Shown in pieces: positions 55,956-63,157 of a stretch of DNA of 64,000 bases (its first letter is position 1; every line of letters begins with the position of its first letter). Source of the stretch: an uncultured Collinsella sp. Lineage in GTDB: Bacteria; Actinomycetota; Coriobacteriia; Coriobacteriales; Coriobacteriaceae. A program made the translations under genes and the position numbers. Below the pieces are notes generated by a model, which ran no database searches, was not told the DNA's origin, and saw only the letters and a program-made list of their open reading frames with translations. The stretch covers positions 20,210 to 84,209 of the forward strand of contig UQMW01000002.1 of NCBI GenBank assembly GCA_900542275.1, in the 5' to 3' direction.

Positions 55956-57086
55956 CTAGGCGCGGTGCCAGTCGGTCAGGCAGGCATCGAGGGAGGCGAT
56001 GAGCGCATCCTTGTCCATGTGACGGCCGATGATGCACAGGCTCGTCATGCGGTCGCCCGTCTCGTCGTCCCAAATTTGCATGATCTCGGGGTTCTCGTCG
56101 ATGATCTTCTGCTTCTCGCCCTCGGGCGCCGAGTCGACAAACAGGCCGTTCTCCATCAGGCGCATCTGGTGGCCGGCCTGCTCAAACATGTAGCACATGT
56201 CCGGATCGCCGGTCTGCCACAACGGACCCTTGACGCGAATGACCTCGTCGGGCCACTCCTGCTCAACAAAATCGGTGAACTTCTGCAGGTCAAACGGCTT
56301 ACGGCGCGAGTACACAAAGGTCTCGATGTCGTACTCGAGCACCTCGGGGTCGTCGTGCTCCTCGGGATGCTCCATGGCCTCGATCCAGGCGGCGGAGTTG
56401 TAGGCGCGCATAAAGTCGAAACGATCGGTATCGAGCAGCTCCTCCATGGGGACCTCGCCGTTTTGGGCCTCGACAATCACGGCGTCCTTCTGCAGGCTGC
56501 GCACGATAGCCTTGAGCTCAGCGATCTGCTCAGGCGTGACGGTATCGGTCTTGTTGAGGATCAGCGTGGAGCAAAACTCGATCTGCTGGATGAGCAGGCT
56601 TTCGATGTCGTCCTCGTCGATATCCTCGGCCAGCAGGTCGCGACCGCCGTTGAACTCGTCGTACATGCGGGCACAGTCGACCACGGCCACGATGTTGTCG
56701 AGCGCGAGCTTGGGCTCGCCGCCCACCTTGGCCTCGTCGCAGAAGCTCGAGATGGTGTAGGCGATGGGGATAGGCTCGCAAATACCCGAGGCCTCGATGA
56801 TGATGTAGTCGAACTTGCCCGAATCGGCGATGCCCTGCAGCTGGTTGGCCAGGTCGTCCGAAAGCGTGCAGCAGATGCAACCGTTGGTGAGCGGGATGAG
56901 GTCGTCGGTCTCGGAAAGGCCGCCGTCGGCGATAAGGCTGGCGTCGACGTTGATCTCGCCGATATCGTTGACGATCACGGCGGCGCGGATGCCGCCGTCG
57001 TTAGCGAGGATGTGGTTGAGCAGCGTGGTCTTGCCGGCACCGAGGTATCCGGTAAGCATGATGATCTTCACGGGTTTGTTGGGCAT
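55956..57086 (-). CDS. COG0523-family GTPase metallochaperone (CobW/ZigA-like)
   Basis: GYLGAGKTTLLNHIL P-loop and GCICC metal motif; C-terminal CobW_C-like domain. ATG 57086 behind AAAGGAGGG. Confidence 0.85.
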   Translation of the reverse strand: MPNKPVKIIMLTGYLGAGKTTLLNHILANDGGIRAAVIVNDIGEINVDASLIADGGLSETDDLIPLTNGCICCTLSDDLANQLQGIADSGKFDYIIIEASGICEPIPIAYTISSFCDEAKVGGEPKLALDNIVAVVDCARMYDEFNGGRDLLAEDIDEDDIESLLIQQIEFCSTLILNKTDTVTPEQIAELKAIVRSLQKDAVIVEAQNGEVPMEELLDTDRFDFMRAYNSAAWIEAMEHPEEHDDPEVLEYDIETFVYSRRKPFDLQKFTDFVEQEWPDEVIRVKGPLWQTGDPDMCYMFEQAGHQMRLMENGLFVDSAPEGEKQKIIDENPEIMQIWDDETGDRMTSLCIIGRHMDKDALIASLDACLTDWHRA

Positions 57087-57172
57087 GTGCCCTCCTTTGT
57101 TAGACATGGCTTACAGTTGAATCTTATGCCAAACGCCAGCTCTTATACCCACGCGCCGACAAATAACACAGG

Positions 57173-57514
57173 CTACTCCCAGGCTCCCCACACATCGGGA
57201 CAATAGCCGACGGTGGCCTTCTTGCCGTTGCGTACGATGGGCTCGGCCAGAACCTGCTGGTTCTCGAGCAGCTTATCGAAACGCTGGCTGGGGGTGAGGT
57301 GCTGGATGAGTGCGAGCGTCTCCTCGTCCTTGGCTTTGGGGTTGAGCAGCTTGTCGATGCCGCCAACCGCCTGCATCACGCTCGTGAGCTCGCCCTTGCT
57401 CATCTCCTTTTCCTTAAGGTCAATAAACTGCACCTTAATGCGGCGCTCCTTAAAATAGCGCTGGGCCTTCTTGGTATCGAAGGACTTTTTAGTCCCGAAA
57501 ATTTGCACGTTCAT
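57173..57514 (-). CDS. ArsC/Spx/YffB-family protein lacking the N-terminal catalytic Cys
   Basis: MNVQIFGTKKSFDTKKAQRYFKERRIKVQFIDL...IVRNGKKATVG has an ArsC-family fold pattern. Ser-Phe occupies the position where Cys is usual. Confidence 0.7.
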   Translation of the reverse strand: MNVQIFGTKKSFDTKKAQRYFKERRIKVQFIDLKEKEMSKGELTSVMQAVGGIDKLLNPKAKDEETLALIQHLTPSQRFDKLLENQQVLAEPIVRNGKKATVGYCPDVWGAWE

Positions 57515-57531
57515 ATTTATGTTCCGCCGTT

Positions 57532-58155
57532 CTACCGAATAAAGTTGGTTCGCTCGCGATCGGCCTGGGGAGCTTCGATGCCGGCGGCCTTTCCCGCCTC
57601 GATGCAACGCAGTAGCCAGGCCATGTTTTTGCCGATGTTTCGCATGGTGGCAAGGCCTTCGGCGTCTTGGGCGGCCTCGCCCGGCATGGCACCGAAGACG
57701 TTGTTCCAGTAGGTGGATGCTACCACGGGCATCTGGTTGATGGTGAAGTACTTGTTGAGCACGTCGAAGGTGGTCGACGTGCCGCCGCGACGGGCAACGG
57801 CGACAGCGGCGCCCGGCTTGTGCGCAAAGGCCTTGCTGCCTGCATAGAATGCGCGGTCGAGTGCCGAGAGGATGCGTCCGCTGGGGTGCGCATAGTAGAC
57901 GGGCGAGCCAAAGACAAAGCCGTCTGCCTGCTCGGCAGCGGCAATCAGCTCGTTGACCATATCGTCGTCAAAGGTGCAGCGGCAATCGAGCTTGCCGCAC
58001 TGGCCGCACCCGATGCAGTCGCGAATAGGCTTGGCGCCCAGCTGAAACACCTGCGTCTCAATGCCCTCTGCGTTGAGCTGCTCGGCAATCTCGGCGAGTG
58101 CGCGGTCGGTGTTGCCGTTTGCCTTGGGACTGCCATTGACCAAAAGAACCTTCAT
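57532..58155 (-). CDS. flavodoxin-like NAD(P)H-dependent FMN reductase / iron-sulfur flavoprotein family
   Basis: MKVLLVNGSPKANGNT N-terminus, CIGCGQCGKLDC cysteine cluster, FGSPVYY. Confidence 0.8.
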   Translation of the reverse strand: MKVLLVNGSPKANGNTDRALAEIAEQLNAEGIETQVFQLGAKPIRDCIGCGQCGKLDCRCTFDDDMVNELIAAAEQADGFVFGSPVYYAHPSGRILSALDRAFYAGSKAFAHKPGAAVAVARRGGTSTTFDVLNKYFTINQMPVVASTYWNNVFGAMPGEAAQDAEGLATMRNIGKNMAWLLRCIEAGKAAGIEAPQADRERTNFIR

Positions 58156-58325
58156 CACAAACTCCCTCTGCTGTCGGTGACTTCTGCGGAGGATTATCGC
58201 ACGAGCGGGCAGATGGCGTGGGGCGCGATTCCAGCGACCGCCCATCATGCGCCCCGTCTCGATCGGTAGCTTCATCCGAGTGTTTCTCGGGGCCGGGAAG
58301 CCGGCCCCGAGGGCCAACGGCGGGC

Positions 58326-58439
58326 TCGCTCACCAGGTACGAGAGGGACACGGTCCAGAGTATGTTGGAGCTCGGGGCCTCATGCAAGCCGATTGTGAGG
58401 AGTCTGGGCAGGTCGCCTTCGATGGCGAACTCTGAGGTC
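58326..58439 (+). pseudogene. IS30-family transposase N-terminal HTH remnant
   Basis: SLTRYERDTVQSMLELGASCKPIVRSLGRSPSMANSEV matches the LTxxER...GxSxxxIAxxLGRSPSTISREV pattern of IS30 transposases. No DDE domain follows, and the downstream frame looks non-coding. Confidence 0.4.
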
Positions 58440-59157
58440 TTAGAAGGCGGGCTGCTGTGCGGCTTGAGGAATGACCTCGGCGGGCAGGAAGTGGCGGCGT
58501 GGCAGAACTGGCAGTTCGACAAATACGGAGATCGAGAACTCCGCAGAGGTTTCCCCGGAGGCCAATTGCTTTTCACGCTGCCGTCGCTTGCGGGTGTTTT
58601 CAAGCGGGTGAAGCTAACGGGTCGTCGACTCCTTCATGTCCCGCACGATGTAGTTCATAGTGCGGTAAATCTGCATGCACAGTTTTATCGCGCAGATGAA
58701 TTCATGATAGGTGAATCTGATCTGTGCCCCCGTCCTGCGGTATGTGACGTATTCCGGCTTCGCCCCGTTTATATTTCGATCTTAAGGCGAGTGCCGCATG
58801 TTTAAAACGTATTGGGAAAACGTTTGTAAAAGAGCAAGCCAAAGGGTACAAATTCTCCGATTTCTTTCATATCGTCCTTTTCCTTTAAACAGACAAAGAT
58901 GAGGCGAAAGATTGTCCTATAATAAAAAACAACAAATTGAGTTTTAGAGTGGGCTTATATAACGGTTTCCATGATTGGGGAATCTGTCATCTACTTTAGG
59001 TCCGAGGAAGCCGTCAATGTCTTTAATATGTAGGGCTCAAACTTACAGCTTTTGAATCCATTACATATTCATTACAAATAATTAGAAATAAACGAGAATT
59101 GCTAGGTCCATAATTGCAATTAAGTATTTTGTAAGCACGAAAGAGGGCGGATTCTAT

Positions 59158-60165
59158 ATGAATTATCTTAGCTCGGCCTCAGTTGATGTGACCTATCGAT
59201 GCAATTTGCGATGTCGGCATTGTTTTGATTTCGGCGGGGAATGTGCCTATGAGGAAATGAATGATGACGAACTAATCAGCGTTTTTCGACAGCTTGCCTT
59301 GATTGATCTTTCGTCGATTTGCATTTGTGGCGGAGAGCCCATTCTTAGGTTTGATTTGATTCGTCGCGCGGTGAGGTTAGTTAAGGAGCTTAACCGAGGC
59401 ACTCTCGTGTCAATGGTCAGCAATGGCATTCTTTGGACAGAAGAAATTGCTGACGCCCTAAAAAGAGACGGACTGGATTTAGTGCAGTTTAGCCTCGATG
59501 GGCTTTCAGATGCGTCTTATGACCATGTGAGGTTGAGTAACGGTAAGCTTCATCGAGTACTGGATGCGATTAAGATCGCACGAAGACACGGAATAAGGGT
59601 CGCAGTTGCTTCCCTTCCCCATGCTAGGAATATAAGGGAATACCCTTCAATAATTAGTTTTTGTGAAAAAGAAGGTGTAAGTGATTTTAGAGCACAGCCT
59701 TTGATGCCGCTCGGGCGAGGTGAGCTGAATTATAAGGATCTGTGCCTAACGCCCGAGCAAAATGATGCGCTTGCTGCATATTTGAGCGCGCGCAATGCTG
59801 TTTCTCAAATGCAGATTACCTGGGGTGACCCCGTAGACCATTTGTATATGTATAGGGAGACAGGGAGAATTCCGCAAATATGCGTCAATGCGTATGGGGA
59901 GCTCTCGGTGTCTCCTTACCTGCCGATTACCATTTGGAATCTAAATCGAAATACTCTGCGGGACTATATTGATCTCGAAATAGATAGATATGCGTTACGG
60001 CACCCAATTGTCGAGAAGTGCCTAGCTCGTATAGAGGAGCTTTCGGACTTCACAAGTATCCAACAGGGGCTTCCTGTTCTTTTCAAAGAAAGGAACATAG
60101 ATATATCTCAAGAATTGGAGGATGCTGCACGTGTGCACGGGGGTAAGTTGCGTAAAAGCAGTTAG
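59158..60165 (+). CDS. radical SAM protein (peptide-modifying type, no complete SPASM cysteine set)
   Basis: VDVTYRCNLRCRHCF (CX3CX2C), GGEPILRF, and a PqqE/AlbA-like core. The C-terminal region has QICVNAYGELSVSPY but lacks the CX2CX5CX3C block. AT-rich codons; RBS AAAGAGGG. Confidence 0.8.
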   Translation: MNYLSSASVDVTYRCNLRCRHCFDFGGECAYEEMNDDELISVFRQLALIDLSSICICGGEPILRFDLIRRAVRLVKELNRGTLVSMVSNGILWTEEIADALKRDGLDLVQFSLDGLSDASYDHVRLSNGKLHRVLDAIKIARRHGIRVAVASLPHARNIREYPSIISFCEKEGVSDFRAQPLMPLGRGELNYKDLCLTPEQNDALAAYLSARNAVSQMQITWGDPVDHLYMYRETGRIPQICVNAYGELSVSPYLPITIWNLNRNTLRDYIDLEIDRYALRHPIVEKCLARIEELSDFTSIQQGLPVLFKERNIDISQELEDAARVHGGKLRKSS

Positions 60166-60604
60166 GGCTAAAGAGAGCGACTGCAAAGAGGTTTTGTCTT
60201 TTGTTTATAGAGCCAATGAAAGCATGGATCAATATGTCGTGCTTGACCCATTCTCAACTATACAAAACGGAAAGATGAGAGGACGTCTAATTAGGCAGAC
60301 TCTATTTGATGGACGTTATCAGGTTTGCCTGATCAGGGCTGATTCCATCGAACCTTGCGGAATGCTGATTACGGCTAAGGGCGCTGCACTAAGAGGCAGG
60401 TCTAGCAGTTTGGTTTTATTTATATTGGAAAGGGGGATTCAAATTACGGAGTTGCGCTGGGAAGGTTCGGAAACGCCATGTCGAGTAGCCGCTATCACTG
60501 AGGATGGCTGCGAATCTGGGCTCGAGCAGTTTGGGTTTAAACGGTCGGTGTCGGTAGAACTTGCGAACGGAATCATGAATTACTATTTCCTAGAGGTAGG
60601 GTAA
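60122..60604 (+). CDS. hypothetical protein (possible degenerate GNAT-like fold)
   Basis: 160-aa ORF overlapping the rSAM 3' end by 44 nt. A GTG at 60131 has better spacing to GGAGG. C-terminal ESGLEQFGFKRS is weakly GNAT-like. No firm motif. Confidence 0.4.
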   Translation: MLHVCTGVSCVKAVRAKESDCKEVLSFVYRANESMDQYVVLDPFSTIQNGKMRGRLIRQTLFDGRYQVCLIRADSIEPCGMLITAKGAALRGRSSSLVLFILERGIQITELRWEGSETPCRVAAITEDGCESGLEQFGFKRSVSVELANGIMNYYFLEVG

Positions 60605-60610
60605 GGAAAT

Positions 60611-61411
60611 ATGGAGAAAAGAGAGATGCTGGGTGCTGTTCCGAGAATGCGGTATGCCGTACGCGTAAGGCACACTCAGACCGGTAGCGTTTTGACCGCG
60701 AACAGCTACTATATTCGTCTCAATGAAGATGCGCTCGCTATCGTTAATTTGATAGATGGAGGACGGTGCATTAAAGATATCGCTAACGAAATTTGCGCCA
60801 ATAAGAAGTTGTCCGGCAGCGATAGGTCAATCGTTGCCGATAAAGTTCTAAATACAATTTTGAAAATATGGAAAACAGGCTTATTTCTCGAGGGCGATTT
60901 AGACGATCTTGCACCTAGATTTCTGTATCAGCGTAACAATATCATGTATATTCCCTACTACGCGAAAGCCGCTTCACTGAGATGTTCGTATCTGTCTCCG
61001 ATTGTTGATGGGTCTATAGTTCAAACGGTCAATGACATCTCGGATAACTTCGGCTCATCATCAGTCGTATTGGAGCTTCAGGACAACCAGCAAGAGTGTA
61101 TGACGCAAATTGCTTTTGTAAGAACGATTGTTGAAGATGCCTACTTCCTATATTCAATATTTGGCGTAATTCCAAACTTGCAGCAATGGCAGGGAATTCG
61201 AGACTACATGTCGGTCTTTGAGCTTGTTTTTAAGAGCGAAACGACTCAAGAGGGTTTGAAAAGTGATGGAATGCGAGATCTGAATTACCTGATCTATTCG
61301 GTGAGCGAAACAGATCGGTGTCTTTTGCCGCCCACTCTCTTGAAGGGAGTGATACCTAATGAGTTAATGGAAGGTGATATGGAGATTAGAGAATTGCAGA
61401 TTGATCTGTAG
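60611..61411 (+). CDS. PqqD-like (RRE-type) peptide-binding domain protein with unknown C-terminal domain
   Basis: N-terminal YYIRLNEDALAIVNLIDGGRCIKDIANEI...VADKVLNTILKIWKTGLF fits the PqqD/RRE pattern. About 170 further residues have no motif I recognise. Confidence 0.55.
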   Translation: MEKREMLGAVPRMRYAVRVRHTQTGSVLTANSYYIRLNEDALAIVNLIDGGRCIKDIANEICANKKLSGSDRSIVADKVLNTILKIWKTGLFLEGDLDDLAPRFLYQRNNIMYIPYYAKAASLRCSYLSPIVDGSIVQTVNDISDNFGSSSVVLELQDNQQECMTQIAFVRTIVEDAYFLYSIFGVIPNLQQWQGIRDYMSVFELVFKSETTQEGLKSDGMRDLNYLIYSVSETDRCLLPPTLLKGVIPNELMEGDMEIRELQIDL

Positions 61412-61450
61412 TTTTGGAGACTATTGCCAAGTTAGAAAGAAGGTAAAAAA

Positions 61451-61651
61451 ATGGATTTTGATCCGCGGGTTGGTCCAGTTAACTTAAATGGTGGCAGTCA
61501 AGATCCGGAGCCAGCGGTGGGAGTTGCTATATTCCCGGCTGCAGTTTGGGCAGTTGCAGTTTATGACATCGTAGTTGGTGTTAACTACGGCGCAGTCGTT
61601 AATGCTGCTGCAGCGGCTATGGTTTATACGAAGGCGGTTGCTATCGAGTAA
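61451..61651 (+). CDS. candidate precursor peptide (66 aa, Ala/Val/Gly/Asn-rich core)
   Basis: MDFDPRVGPVNLNGGSQDPEPAVGVAIFPAAVWAVAVYDIVVGVNYGAVVNAAAAAMVYTKAVAIE. Polar N-terminal third, then a 42-residue segment dominated by A, V, G, N and Y. Located between the RRE-like gene and the membrane/MTase/ABC genes. Confidence 0.5.
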   Translation: MDFDPRVGPVNLNGGSQDPEPAVGVAIFPAAVWAVAVYDIVVGVNYGAVVNAAAAAMVYTKAVAIE

Positions 61652-61712
61652 TTCACACCTGGTTTGATTCGATTGTGAATGCGTAACAAGGACGGAAAGC
61701 AAAGGAAGTTCT

Positions 61713-62033
61713 ATGGAAACAGGGGATGCTGTCTGCTTGATGACTTCGATTGCCCTGATTATCCTTTCAATCCAATACAGAAGAGGAAGATGGCTCTGCT
61801 CAATTGCTGGATATGATGTCACAAAAAGGGAGAGCGGGATTGATATACGCCCTTACGCAAAGTTGATTTCTTCTGTGACGTTATGGATGGGGCTGCTGTT
61901 TTTTTTGTTGGCGGTAGAGGACTGGGTACGTGATTGGAATACCAGTGTTTTTGAAGTTTTGGTTCTACTTCTGTTCAGCTTGGCCTCTTTGTCGTTCGTG
62001 CGGCTAGTTAGGTTTGTGTTTATGAGGCGATAG
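61713..62033 (+). CDS. small membrane protein (DUF3784-like; possible immunity or accessory)
   Basis: Three hydrophobic segments with a central CSIAGYDVTKRESGIDIRPYAKL loop resembling the AGYN...EE...YD motif of DUF3784. RBS AAGGAAG. Confidence 0.5.
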   Translation: METGDAVCLMTSIALIILSIQYRRGRWLCSIAGYDVTKRESGIDIRPYAKLISSVTLWMGLLFFLLAVEDWVRDWNTSVFEVLVLLLFSLASLSFVRLVRFVFMRR

Positions 62034-62047
62034 CCAGCGGAAGCGGG

Positions 62048-63157
62048 ATGGACGACAAAATGGACCAATACAGTCAATTGTCAAAAGAATTTGATAGGGT
62101 TGGCTTAACAGATTTACTCGAGGGCATATCCGTGGCGGGGGATAGGTTTTATGTTGTTGAGCACTTATTTGCATCGGGTAAAGTAAACCAAGAATATCGA
62201 GGACTAGTGAGGCTTCTGTATCTTGGAGAGTCTGTAGCGCAAGCTGAAATGAAGCCATTTATTGAGCTGATTAAACTATTAGTGGACGCTGGCATCGTTG
62301 TTTTAGAGGACGGGATTGTCCACTCAACGGGTCTGGTTTTAAATCGATATAGAGGTGTCTGGATTGTCGCGGATGCTCCGCGGCCAAACCCTAAAAGATA
62401 TTTCGGCCCAGATTCATTAGGACTTGCCAGGCGGCTGTCTCCTCAGCTCGGGAAGAAGGGGCTTGATTTGTGTGCGGGCTCTGGGATTCAGTCGCTGATC
62501 ATGGCAGCGGGTGGCATGACGGTTACATCGGTGGAGATAAACGCCGAAACTTGTGCAACTAACATGCTTAATTCCAAGTTGAATGGGCTGGACGGTGCGA
62601 TAAAAACGGTTCAAGGTAATTTGTATGAGAAGCTCGAGCCTGATAGTAAATACGACTATATTGTTGCAAATCCTCCGCTGGTCCCCATTCCCAATGGACT
62701 TGAATATCCTTTTGTCGGAGATGGGGGATTTGATGGGTGCCGAGTTAGCAACGAGATTATCGAAAAGCTCCCAGATTATTTAAGCGATGATGGTACCGCG
62801 TTGATGGTGGGAATGATGGCTTGTGCTGATAAGGACAGTCTGGATGCAGTCTCAATAGTGCAAGAAATAATGAGCAGCGAGTTGTCGGGAACAATGTCTT
62901 TGCTGGGATATGACGAGGTCTATCCATGCTCTTCGTTTGTTGAGGGTGTTGCATGGAGTGCGTATTTGGCTAATCCAACAAGGTGGACATCAGTAGATGA
63001 GGCAATTGATGATGTTTACGAACTCTATCGAAATGACCACACTGCAGGCGTTTATTACTATGTGTTACGGCTGCGAAAGGACAGTTCTTTGGATAGAGGG
63101 CTGAATATAATTGACAACTCAAATAAAAGGCCCTGTTCAGAGGCGTGGTTGATATGA
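62048..63157 (+). CDS. class I SAM-dependent methyltransferase, HemK/MTS-like with NPPL motif and about 140-aa N-terminal extension
   Basis: Motif I GLDLCAGSGIQS; motif IV YIVANPPLVPIP (D/N-PP-Y/F/L type, characteristic of N-methylating enzymes). ATGA overlap with the downstream ABC gene. Confidence 0.75.
   Translation: MDDKMDQYSQLSKEFDRVGLTDLLEGISVAGDRFYVVEHLFASGKVNQEYRGLVRLLYLGESVAQAEMKPFIELIKLLVDAGIVVLEDGIVHSTGLVLNRYRGVWIVADAPRPNPKRYFGPDSLGLARRLSPQLGKKGLDLCAGSGIQSLIMAAGGMTVTSVEINAETCATNMLNSKLNGLDGAIKTVQGNLYEKLEPDSKYDYIVANPPLVPIPNGLEYPFVGDGGFDGCRVSNEIIEKLPDYLSDDGTALMVGMMACADKDSLDAVSIVQEIMSSELSGTMSLLGYDEVYPCSSFVEGVAWSAYLANPTRWTSVDEAIDDVYELYRNDHTAGVYYYVLRLRKDSSLDRGLNIIDNSNKRPCSEAWLI

Noticed and set aside
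55737-57206. 489-aa plus-strand ORF
   Set aside because: It is antisense to the COG0523 GTPase gene (P-loop and GCICC motifs) and overlaps the trmL 5' end. Its composition is Val/Gly/Asp/Leu-rich and artefact-like.
58218-58805. 195-aa plus-strand ORF taken as an intact gene
   Set aside because: Only residues about 37-74 resemble anything (the IS30 HTH). The rest has no coding character, crosses a compositional break and lacks an RBS. It is treated as a remnant.
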